From Deltaproteobacteria bacterium (lineage in GTDB: Bacteria; Desulfobacterota; Desulfuromonadia; Desulfuromonadales; JAAYDE01): 64,000 nucleotides of DNA. Position 1 is the stretch's first letter, and each line of letters begins with the position of its first letter. Below the pieces are notes generated by a model, which made no database searches, was not told where the DNA came from, and saw only the letters and a list, made by a program, of their open reading frames with translations. The stretch covers positions 31,941 to 95,940 of the forward strand of contig JAAYDE010000053.1 of assembly GCA_012729375.1 (NCBI GenBank), given 5' to 3'. This document shows, in pieces, positions 1 through 8,415 of the stretch. The translations under genes were made by a program, and so were the position numbers.

Positions 1-1509
1 GTTCTCGATGGGCGGATTCTGCCCGGTGAAACGGTGGTCGATCTCGGCTGCGGCGGTGGCGTCGAATGTTTCATCGCCGCCCGGATGGCCGGCGCCACGG
101 GCCACATCATCGGCGTCGACATGCTCGATCCCATGCTCGCCCTGGCCCGCACAGGGCAGGAAGGTGTGGCTGCCAATCTCGGCTTCGACAACGTCGATTT
201 CCGCAAGGGGTATCTGGAAGACCTCCCCATCGCGGACGAGACGGCCGATGTCGTCCTCTCCAACTGCGTCATGAACCTTTCCGTCCACAAGCGCCGCGCC
301 TACCGGGAAGTTTTCCGGATCCTTCGTCACGGCGGACGGCTGGTGATCTCCGACGTGGTCTGTGAAACCGAGCCCGCCGCGGCGCTGCGCAACGATGAAA
401 CCCTGCGCGGCGAATGCATCGCCGGGGCGATGACCCAGGGCCATCTGGCCGCCCTGCTGGAGGAAACGGGTTTCATCGGTTTGCATCTCATCAAGCGCTT
501 TCCCTATCGGACCGTGGCCGGGCATCCCTTCTTTGCTTTGACCTACAGGGTTTTCAAGCCGCAACCGGCGGAGCCGGTACGGGCCATTTATCGCGGTCCT
601 CTGCCGGCCGTGGAAACCGCCGACGGGACGCTCCTGGCGACGGGGATTCCCGGCCTTGTTTCCGGCCACACGGCGGAGCTTCTCGGGGAAAGCCTCTTTG
701 TCCTCGACGACGATGGCCGAGTTACCAACATCGAGGTGGAAAACGGCTGCGCCTGTTGCCTTCCTCCCGAAAACACCGGCGATAATCGGCCTGCGGCCGC
801 GGCCCTTTCCCGTCACCGGGCCCAATGCATGGTCTGCGGCTCACCCCTTTCCTATCTGGCCACGGAAGCGGAACTCCTCTGCGTCTATTGCCAACAGCCC
901 TTCCCGGCCTTCAGTTGCTGTGAAAAAGGACATTATGTCTGCGATGCCTGCCATGGTGCCGATGCCCTGGAGGTGATCCGGAAGATCTGTCTTCATTCTT
1001 CGGAAACCGATCTGCTCCGCCTCTATGCCGAGATCCGCCACCATCCGGCTTTTCCGATCAACGGTCCGGAGCACCATGCCCTGGTGCCCGCCGTCATTTT
1101 GACCGTTTTCCGCAACCGGGGAGGAGCGGTTTCCGAGCAGCTCATTGAGGCCGCCATGCGCCGTGGCGCGGCCGTTCCCGGCGGCTGTTGCGCCTATCTG
1201 GGGGCGTGCGGCGCGGCGCTGGGAGTGGGGATCGCTTTCAGTCTGATCCTCGACGCCAACCCCCTCAAGGCGGTTGAGCGTCAGCAGGTGCAGCTGGCGG
1301 TGGCCGAAGTTCTCGGCGCCATCGCCGCTTTGAAGGCGCCACGCTGCTGCCAGCGGGACTGCTGGGTGGCGCTGCGCAAAGCGGCTCTTTTGTCGCCCCG
1401 ATTGCTCCCCGTGGCCCTGTCCGCGGAGGCTGTAATCGACTGCTGTCAACGCCGTGAAAACCAGGAGTGCAGTGCCCCGGAGTGCCCCCTTTTTCAGGCC
1501 TCCCGGTAA
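1..1509 (+). CDS. ArsM-like SAM-dependent methyltransferase fused to a cysteine-rich C-terminal domain (5' end lies outside the window)
   Basis: Frame 1 is open from nt 1 (VLDGRILPGETVVDLGCGGG...), so the ATG at 34 is internal. The SAM motif VDLGCGGG, SNCVMNL and HGGRLVISDVV follow arsenite-methyltransferase/Methyltransf_31 proteins. The last ~230 aa carry many CxxC/CC motifs. Confidence 0.8.
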   Translation, partial: VLDGRILPGETVVDLGCGGGVECFIAARMAGATGHIIGVDMLDPMLALARTGQEGVAANLGFDNVDFRKGYLEDLPIADETADVVLSNCVMNLSVHKRRAYREVFRILRHGGRLVISDVVCETEPAAALRNDETLRGECIAGAMTQGHLAALLEETGFIGLHLIKRFPYRTVAGHPFFALTYRVFKPQPAEPVRAIYRGPLPAVETADGTLLATGIPGLVSGHTAELLGESLFVLDDDGRVTNIEVENGCACCLPPENTGDNRPAAAALSRHRAQCMVCGSPLSYLATEAELLCVYCQQPFPAFSCCEKGHYVCDACHGADALEVIRKICLHSSETDLLRLYAEIRHHPAFPINGPEHHALVPAVILTVFRNRGGAVSEQLIEAAMRRGAAVPGGCCAYLGACGAALGVGIAFSLILDANPLKAVERQQVQLAVAEVLGAIAALKAPRCCQRDCWVALRKAALLSPRLLPVALSAEAVIDCCQRRENQECSAPECPLFQASR

Positions 1510-1611
1510 AAACCGGCGCTGCCGTCGGTAAGTGAATTGCGTTTGGCAAGAACATTTTTGCGGATCATTGGCCGCGCAGGAGAAGAGAACCAGCTATCCG
1601 CCAATAAAGGA

Positions 1612-3414
1612 ATGGGTATGGATAATGAAATGAAAGAATCGGCGAAGTGGGATCTTTCTTACCTCTATGATGGACCGGCCGATCCTCGGCTGACAGCGGA
1701 TCTGGCAGAAGCTGTCAAGCGGACCAGGGTGTTTGCCCACGATTTCCGCGGGCGACTGGCGGGAGAGGGGGTGACGGCTGATCTGCTGGAGGCCTCTCTG
1801 CGGACCTACGGGGAATTGCAGGAGTTTGCCCTGAAGCCCTATTGCTACGCCCAGCTTCTGTTTGCCGCCGACAGCGGGGCCGCGCCAAACAGGGCTCTGC
1901 TGGCCAGGGTCAGAGAGGCCTGGAACAGCATCGGCGAGGACCTCCTTTTTTACGAGTTGGAGCTGCTCAGACTCGATGAGGAGGTTTTTGCAAAACTGCT
2001 CAAGGAGAAAGGAGTCGCCCGCTATGCCCATTATCTGTGCCGCCTGCGCATCATGCGTCCCTACACGCTCAGTGAAGAGGTGGAAAAGGTCCTCAAACGC
2101 AAGGCTCTCACCGGCCGCGAGGCCTTCGTTCAGCTTTTCGAGGAGCTGACGGCTTCTTTCCGCTTCCGTTTCCGCATGCCCGGCGCCGAGGAAGATTCCG
2201 AGGTGAGCGGAGCGGAGCTGCTCGCTCTGCTCCACCATCCGCAACGGCAGGTGCGGGAGGATGCCCTGACCCTTTTCCTTAACCGCCACAGGGAACACTC
2301 CTTGACCCTCGGCGCCTGTTTCAACAACCTCTTTCTCGATCACTACAAGGAAGTGGAACTGCGCCATTTTCCGGACATCATGACGCCCACCCATCTGGCC
2401 AACGAGACCGACCCGGAAACGGTGGCAAAACTGATGGAGGTGACGGAGGCCAATTACCGGCTGGCTCAGGACTATTTTCGGCTGAAGCAGAAACTGCTCG
2501 GTCTGGATGAGATGAAAAACACCGACATCTACGCCCCCTTGCCGAGGGCCGCCCGCCGGATTCCTTTTGCCGAGGCCAAGGCGATGGTTCTGGATGCCTT
2601 CCGCGGTTTCTCGGCCGAGATGGCGGTTTGTGCCGAGGCTTTTTTCCGCGAACGGCGGATCGATGTCTTTCCGGCACCGGGCAAAAGCGGCGGCGCCTTC
2701 TGCGCCGGCATGTCACCAGGGCTTTCCCCCTATATACTGCTGAACTACACCGAAAACCTGCGGGATGTCGCCACCCTGGCCCACGAACTGGGGCATGGCG
2801 TCCATTTTTCCCTGGCCCGGAAGCAGCACCTGTTTCACTACAACGCCCCTCTTCCCTTCGCCGAGACGGCGAGCGTCTTCGGTGAGATGCTTTTGACCCG
2901 CCATCTCCTCGAGCAGGAAAGCGACCCCCAGGTGAAGGTCGATATCCTCTGTGCCAAACTGGAAGACGTTATCGCCACCACCTTCCGCCAGAATGTCCTC
3001 ACCCGTTTCGAACTGGCCGCCCATCGTCTGCGCCGGGAACGGCTCCTCGACGCCGAGGATTTCTGCCGGCTGTGGTGGGAGGAAAACGCCAGGCTGTTCG
3101 GCGACGCGGTCACCATGGTCGAACCCTACCGTTGGGGATGGGCCTACATCGGACATTTCATCCACTCCCGCTTCTATTGTTATTCCTATATCTTCGGCGA
3201 ACTGCTGGTGCTCTCCCTCTACCGGCGCTACCAGGAGGAGGGGGCGGCCTTCGTTCCCAGGTACTTGGAACTGCTTGGCAAAGGCGGCAGCGAACCACCG
3301 GCGCAAATGCTCAAGCCTTTCGGCATCGATCTGGCCAAAGCCGACTTCTGGCAGAAAGGGTACGATTTCGTCGCTGATTTGCTGACCGAGCTGAAAGGGC
3401 TGGTGGGACCATGA
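1612..3414 (+). CDS. pepF: oligoendopeptidase F (M3B metallopeptidase)
   Basis: ORF 1537..3414 has the HELGHGVH zinc motif, an N-terminal WDLSYLY and a ~600-aa length typical of PepF. Start placed at ATG 1612 (or 1618) after AAAGGA; the exact start is uncertain. Confidence 0.85.
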   Translation: MGMDNEMKESAKWDLSYLYDGPADPRLTADLAEAVKRTRVFAHDFRGRLAGEGVTADLLEASLRTYGELQEFALKPYCYAQLLFAADSGAAPNRALLARVREAWNSIGEDLLFYELELLRLDEEVFAKLLKEKGVARYAHYLCRLRIMRPYTLSEEVEKVLKRKALTGREAFVQLFEELTASFRFRFRMPGAEEDSEVSGAELLALLHHPQRQVREDALTLFLNRHREHSLTLGACFNNLFLDHYKEVELRHFPDIMTPTHLANETDPETVAKLMEVTEANYRLAQDYFRLKQKLLGLDEMKNTDIYAPLPRAARRIPFAEAKAMVLDAFRGFSAEMAVCAEAFFRERRIDVFPAPGKSGGAFCAGMSPGLSPYILLNYTENLRDVATLAHELGHGVHFSLARKQHLFHYNAPLPFAETASVFGEMLLTRHLLEQESDPQVKVDILCAKLEDVIATTFRQNVLTRFELAAHRLRRERLLDAEDFCRLWWEENARLFGDAVTMVEPYRWGWAYIGHFIHSRFYCYSYIFGELLVLSLYRRYQEEGAAFVPRYLELLGKGGSEPPAQMLKPFGIDLAKADFWQKGYDFVADLLTELKGLVGP

Positions 3415-3499
3415 CCGGGGCAAGGTCCGCTTCAGGGCCGCAAGCGTCCGGAAGCCTTTGGTGTTGTCATCGCCTTCGCCGCCGGGGGGTTGAAACGCC

Positions 3500-4633
3500 A
3501 TGAAGCGCCGTAACTTTCTCAAGGGCTTGGCCGTCTCCGCAGCCTATGCCGCGGTTCCCTGGTGTCTGCCGGGCTGTTTCAGAAGGACGGCACCGCTCCG
3601 CTGGTCCCTCGATCAGAAGATCGGCCAGATGCTGCTGGTCGGCTTCCGCGGCAGCGAGCTGCACGGGCCGGAACCGATCGTCCGGGATCTGGTCCGCTAT
3701 GGCCTCGGCGGTGTGGTACTCTTCGATTACGACGTGTTGCTGAAGAGTTACGGTCGCAACCTGGTGTCGCCGAAGCAGCTGAGCGCCCTTACGGCCCGAT
3801 TGCGGAACCTGAGCCGGTTGCCGTTGCTCATCGCCGTCGACCAGGAGGGCGGACGGGTGGCCCGCCTCAAGGAGGATCGCGGTTTCCCTCCGACCGTTTC
3901 CGCCCAGCGCCTCGGCGAGGCCGACGACTTGGCTCTCACCCGGCGCCGGGCCGGAGGGATCGCGGCCGCTCTTCGGGATAATGGCATCAATCTCAATTTC
4001 GCCCCGGTGGTGGATCTTAATTCCAACCCGGACAACCCTGTCATCGGCAGACTGGAGCGCAGTTTTTCCAAAGATCCGCAGGTGGTGGTAAGCCATGCCC
4101 GGGAATTCGTCCGCGCCCATGATCTGCACGATGTCTTCACCTGTCTCAAGCATTTTCCCGGCCACGGCAGTTCCGCCGCCGATTCCCACCAGGGTTTTGT
4201 CGATGTCACCGGTACCTGGCGCGAGGAAGAACTCGAACCCTACCGCGCGCTCATTTCCCAGGGCCTGGCGCGCCTGGTGATGACGGCGCATATCTTCAAC
4301 CGGCGCCTCGATCCCGTCTATCCGGCGACCCTTTCCCAGGCTACCATTACCGGTCTGCTGCGCGATGCCTTGGGTTTCGACGGCGTGGTGGTGAGCGACG
4401 ATCTCCAGATGGGAGCCATCAGGCAAAACTTTTCTTTTGAAACGGCTGTGGAAAAATCGATACAGGCCGGCGTCGATATCTTGCTGCTGGCCAACAACCT
4501 GGAATACGACCCCGATGTAGTGCCGAGGACGGTAGCACTGGTCGCCGAACTGGTGGACAGGGGTGTCGTCGCCGGAGAGCGGATTGACGCCTCGTGGCGG
4601 CGCATCATGAGGCTTAAAGGGGGGATCGCCTGA
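3500..4633 (+). CDS. glycoside hydrolase family 3 beta-N-acetylhexosaminidase (NagZ-like), exported
   Basis: KHFPGHG motif and GH3 N-terminal domain layout. The N-terminus MKRRNFLKGLAVSAAYAAV looks like a twin-arginine signal. Confidence 0.85.
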   Translation: MKRRNFLKGLAVSAAYAAVPWCLPGCFRRTAPLRWSLDQKIGQMLLVGFRGSELHGPEPIVRDLVRYGLGGVVLFDYDVLLKSYGRNLVSPKQLSALTARLRNLSRLPLLIAVDQEGGRVARLKEDRGFPPTVSAQRLGEADDLALTRRRAGGIAAALRDNGINLNFAPVVDLNSNPDNPVIGRLERSFSKDPQVVVSHAREFVRAHDLHDVFTCLKHFPGHGSSAADSHQGFVDVTGTWREEELEPYRALISQGLARLVMTAHIFNRRLDPVYPATLSQATITGLLRDALGFDGVVVSDDLQMGAIRQNFSFETAVEKSIQAGVDILLLANNLEYDPDVVPRTVALVAELVDRGVVAGERIDASWRRIMRLKGGIA

Positions 4634-4704
4634 GCGGCGGGCGGGCGCGGTTGGGCATGGCGGAAGGGCGGGTTTTTACGATGTCGAGGCGGCGGTGGTT
4701 TGGC

Positions 4705-5316
4705 TTAGGGAAGGTGAAAATATTCGCCGATGCCGGTCAACAGAAAGTGGACGCCGATCGCCGCCAAAAAAATCCACAGGACCCGGGAAACCACGATGCT
4801 GCCTATTTTTCCCAACAGGCGATTGATCCACGGAGAGATGAAAAGCAGGCCCCAGGTCAACAGAAAAACCGTCAGGATAGCGCTTATCGTGATGAAATAG
4901 CCGTCCCGGTCCAGGATCAGAATGCCGGTGACGATCGAGCCCGGCCCCACCAGCAAGGGAACGGCCATGGGAACGGCGCCCAGATTCATGATTTCCTGGA
5001 GCGACTGAGCGGTGTGAACGGAGCCTTTGGCGGCGGAGAAAACGATATATTTTATGGCGATGACCGTCAGCAAAAGACCGCCGGCGATTCGAAACTCCAG
5101 GATGTTGATCTGAAAAACCGAACTCATGATCCATCTGCCGGTCAGGGTCATGGAGAGGAGGGTTACCAGGCCGGTCAGCACTGCTACCCGGTAAACCGCC
5201 TGCCTGGCCTTATTATCCAGGTCCTCGGTCATTTCCGAAAAAACCGGCAGGTTGCCCACCGGATTGACAATGGCGAACAGGGCCAATACGGCGTGAATCC
5301 AAGAGTCTGTGGGCAT
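4705..5316 (-). CDS. MarC/UPF0056 family integral membrane protein
   Basis: The last 203 aa of ORF 4705..5811 (MPTDSWIHAVLALFAIVNPVGNLPVF...) match the MarC family. The upstream 165 aa are Arg/Gly-rich and antisense to gshA, so the start is moved to ATG 5316. Confidence 0.8.
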   Translation of the reverse strand: MPTDSWIHAVLALFAIVNPVGNLPVFSEMTEDLDNKARQAVYRVAVLTGLVTLLSMTLTGRWIMSSVFQINILEFRIAGGLLLTVIAIKYIVFSAAKGSVHTAQSLQEIMNLGAVPMAVPLLVGPGSIVTGILILDRDGYFITISAILTVFLLTWGLLFISPWINRLLGKIGSIVVSRVLWIFLAAIGVHFLLTGIGEYFHLP

Positions 5317-5438
5317 CGCTTCGGTCTCGGTTTGATTGGCGGTTTTTAAAAAGGTTCTTGAGGCTGGCGGAGAAGCCTGTTCAAGGCCCTTGCCCCGAAC
5401 AACTCCGGGTACGAAAACCAAAGCCGCGGAGAGGGTTC

Positions 5439-6815
5439 TCAGGAAAATTCTTGCTGACCGTATCCGCTGCGGCGCAACAGCAGGGCGGCCTTTTCCTCGC
5501 GGCCGCCGCGCCACTCGGCCAGCAGCCTTTCGGCGAGAGTGACGCCGCTGACGGCGATCTCCGCGATGGTATCGAGAAAGATCGTTTCGTCCTCCCCGTG
5601 CACATTGCGTCTGGACTGCCGTTGCAACCCGTGGCGGGCCAGATCCAGGATCTCCACTGCCGCGTCTTGCAGCGTTCCCTTGCGGAACGGGGTTTTCAAC
5701 CCCAGTTGCCAGGAGCTCCGCAACAAGGTTTCCCTCCCTTCCCGATCCAGATCTTGGAACAGGGACCAGGCCCCGGCGGTAGCCTCCCGGTCGTAAAGCA
5801 GCCCTTTGCACAGGGCCGCGAAGCCGAGGCTCAGGAAAGGGGGCGGGCTGTCGAAGGAGCGGATCTCCAGTTGGGGGCGCAGCCGGCTTTCCGGAAAAAG
5901 GGTGGAGAGGTGCAACGCCCAGTCGTGGAGGGTGGCGCGGTATCCCTTACAGCCTTCGGCAAGGAAGCGGCGGAAGGTGACCGGGGTCGGCGTCAAATCG
6001 ACATAGCGGTCGTTGCGAAGGATGAAGTACATGGGGATGTCGAGGGCATAATCCACATAGGTGCCGAAGTCGGCTCCCTCCTCGAAAAGGGCGTGAATCA
6101 GGCCGCTCCGCTGCGGATCGGTGTGGGCCCATATCCGGCCGCGGCTGGTCAGAACACCGGATGGAGACCCGTCGAGGAGCGGCGAGTTGGCCGACCAGGC
6201 GTAGAAAAGCGGTGCCAGCGCCAGGCAGAGGCGGATTTTGTCGATGCAGTCGGCCTCGTCGTGGTAATCGAGATTGACCTGGACGCCGGCCGTCTGTTTC
6301 ATCATCCGCTGGCCCATGGTGCCGGTTTTGAGCATATAGGGGGCCATGATCCGGTAGCGTTGTTTGGGGAGCCAGGCGATTTCTTCGAGAGTGGAGAAAG
6401 GCTGGGCGCCGAGGCCCAAAAAGGCGAGCCCGAGGGGTGCGGCCTCGGTGACGACGGTTTCAATGTGGTGGCGGAGATTGGCGCCGGAACAGTGCAGGTC
6501 GCCGCAGAGCTGGCCGGAGAGCTCCAGTTGCCCCCCCGGTTCCAGGCTGATGGAGGAAAGGACCCCCTGGAGGGCGATGAGCCGTCCTTCCTCCCGAACC
6601 CCTTTCCAGCATTGTGCCTTTTCCAGTCGCTCCAGCAGTTCCTGAATACGCTCCTGGGAGGCGGCGGCGGCGCTGTCCCGGTCGACCACCAGTTTTTCGA
6701 CTTCCACGCCGATCTTCCATTCCTCCGGCGGCTTGCACCCCTTGCGCAGGTAGGCGATCAGGTCCTCTTTCGAGGTTACGAAACGATCATCTGGGGCGGC
6801 GACATCGGTCGTCAT
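5439..6815 (-). CDS. gshA: glutamate--cysteine ligase (GCS2/plant-proteobacterial type)
   Basis: The 458-aa protein (KIGVEVEKLVV..., GGQLELSG..., RIWAHTDPQRSG) is typical of family-2 glutamate-cysteine ligases. Confidence 0.85.
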   Translation of the reverse strand: MTTDVAAPDDRFVTSKEDLIAYLRKGCKPPEEWKIGVEVEKLVVDRDSAAAASQERIQELLERLEKAQCWKGVREEGRLIALQGVLSSISLEPGGQLELSGQLCGDLHCSGANLRHHIETVVTEAAPLGLAFLGLGAQPFSTLEEIAWLPKQRYRIMAPYMLKTGTMGQRMMKQTAGVQVNLDYHDEADCIDKIRLCLALAPLFYAWSANSPLLDGSPSGVLTSRGRIWAHTDPQRSGLIHALFEEGADFGTYVDYALDIPMYFILRNDRYVDLTPTPVTFRRFLAEGCKGYRATLHDWALHLSTLFPESRLRPQLEIRSFDSPPPFLSLGFAALCKGLLYDREATAGAWSLFQDLDREGRETLLRSSWQLGLKTPFRKGTLQDAAVEILDLARHGLQRQSRRNVHGEDETIFLDTIAEIAVSGVTLAERLLAEWRGGREEKAALLLRRSGYGQQEFS

Positions 6816-6843
6816 GGCAGTGGTTCCTCTCCCTGCGGCAGGA

Positions 6844-8148
6844 TCAGGAGTTGAGATAGGCGCCTATGGATTCGGCGAGGGTGTTGAAGACGCGAACGAA
6901 TTCCTTCTCGTTTTTTTCCAGCAGGGTGACCCGAAAACCCAGTTCCGGAGTGCAGAAAGAGGAAATGGGGACCACGCAAATCCCCGTCGATCCCAGCAGG
7001 TAGTAAACGAAACGCTTGTCGAGGGCGATGCCCCGCTGGGCGACCAGCTCTTCTACGAGGCTGCGTACCTCCGGGTTTTTGATCGGCAGGGTCTGTTTGT
7101 GGGTCAGGCGGTCCGCCTCGAAAACAACACTCATGTAGAAAGCCCCATTGGTGCGGTTGACCTTGATGCCCGGAACCTGTTTAAGAATATCATAAGCGAG
7201 GTTGGACGCTTTCTCATAGTTGCCGCGGCGCTCATCGAGATAGACCGGGTATTCAGGGTGACTCATGATCAGCGGGATCGCCTTCTGGGGCAGGGTGGTG
7301 GAGCAGACCTCGACCATCTTCGAGTCGACGATACTCTGGATGTAACGCTTGAAGATCGGATTGCTTTCGGCGTTGTAAACCTCGATCCAGCCGCAGCGGG
7401 AGCCGGGCCACGGAAAGTCTTTGCTGATGCCGCGCATGGCGATGCCGGGGATGCCGTCGATGAGATCCGAGATCGGTTTGGTCGACTGGCCGTTGTAGAC
7501 CAGGTTGCGATAGATCTCGTCGGCGATGATGAACAGATTGAACTCCTTGGCGATGTCGATGATTTCCCGCAGGATGCGTTCAGGGAAAACGGCGCCCGTG
7601 GGGTTGTCGGGGTTGATGATGAGGATGCCGGAGATGGCCGGGTTGTATTTGACGGAAAGATAGAGGTCGTCCAGGTCGGGGTACCACTGGTTGTCCGGGT
7701 CGAGGCGGTAGGTGACCGGTTTCTGCCCGGCATGGGAGCCTTCCGCCGAGGAATGGGTGGAGTAGGTGGGAGCGGGACCGATGACCCGCGCCTCGTGGCG
7801 CAGCAGGCCGTAAACCTTCTGGATGGCGTCGCCGAGGCCGTTGAAGAAGATGATGTCCTCGGCGGTGATCTGGGTTTTGCCCCGCCTGTTGGTCATGTCG
7901 GCCAGAAACTGGCGGGTTTCCAGCACTCCTTTGGTGGCGCTGTAGGCATAGGAGCAGTCCTGCATGGCCAGATCGGCGACGATCTTTTTCATCCACAGGG
8001 GGATTTTTTCCCCCTTGGCCACCGGGTCGCCGATGTTTTCCATGTTGGTCTTCATGCCCAGCCGGTTGAGTTTTTCGGCGATGGCGACGATGGCGCGGAT
8101 TTCATAGGTCAGTTCCTGGGCTCCTATGTGGACTATGTTGTTGCGCAT
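6844..8148 (-). CDS. class I/II pyridoxal-phosphate aminotransferase (alanine-aminotransferase-like)
   Basis: 434 aa with INPDNPTG, the SKDF..PGSRCGW lysine region and aminotransferase length. Confidence 0.85.
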   Translation of the reverse strand: MRNNIVHIGAQELTYEIRAIVAIAEKLNRLGMKTNMENIGDPVAKGEKIPLWMKKIVADLAMQDCSYAYSATKGVLETRQFLADMTNRRGKTQITAEDIIFFNGLGDAIQKVYGLLRHEARVIGPAPTYSTHSSAEGSHAGQKPVTYRLDPDNQWYPDLDDLYLSVKYNPAISGILIINPDNPTGAVFPERILREIIDIAKEFNLFIIADEIYRNLVYNGQSTKPISDLIDGIPGIAMRGISKDFPWPGSRCGWIEVYNAESNPIFKRYIQSIVDSKMVEVCSTTLPQKAIPLIMSHPEYPVYLDERRGNYEKASNLAYDILKQVPGIKVNRTNGAFYMSVVFEADRLTHKQTLPIKNPEVRSLVEELVAQRGIALDKRFVYYLLGSTGICVVPISSFCTPELGFRVTLLEKNEKEFVRVFNTLAESIGAYLNS

Positions 8149-8202
8149 ACCCTTTTCCCATTCCTTTGCGTTTTGAAGTTCGGTGAAGGTGACGGATAAA
8201 AG

Positions 8203-8240
8203 AAAAGGCCATGGACTCGCTGCCCATGGCCTTTTCTTAC
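8203..8240 (-). terminator. rho-independent terminator hairpin downstream of ppdK
   Basis: AAAAGGCCATGG (8203-8214) pairs with CCATGGCCTTTT (8224-8235) around a 9-nt loop. It is T-rich on the minus strand after the stem, and partly so on the plus strand. Confidence 0.7.
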
Positions 8241-8415
8241 TCTTTCGTTCCTGCGGTTCGAATTGCCAAGGCTCAGGGACAGAACAACACCAGAGACGCG
8301 GCCGCGCCGGCGGCCGCCGACGCAGCGGCTTTCAGTCTGCTGTTTTTGTCCTGTCGACTCATGGCAACCCAATCTGTCATGTTTTTCCAGTGGTTAGCAT
8401 AATGGACCGGCAAAG

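Noticed and set aside
4705-5811. N-terminal extensions of track ORFs: MarC ORF to 5811, NadA ORF to 29456, response-regulator ORF to 62840, 37043..37657, 17058 and 41695.
   Set aside because: The extensions are Arg/Pro/Gly-rich, overlap neighbouring genes or their antisense strand, and the recognisable homology begins at internal ATG codons with plausible ribosome-binding sites. The starts were therefore trimmed.
8150-8240. Possible additional repeat-family members at 8150-8240, 27925-27975, 52665-52720 and 54140-54190, based on short shared strings (AGGTGA, GGCCATG, AGGGTTTT, GAAAAG).
   Set aside because: The matches are short, gapped and built from A/T-rich words common in intergenic DNA. 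Without statistics I cannot separate them from chance, so they are not reported as copies.
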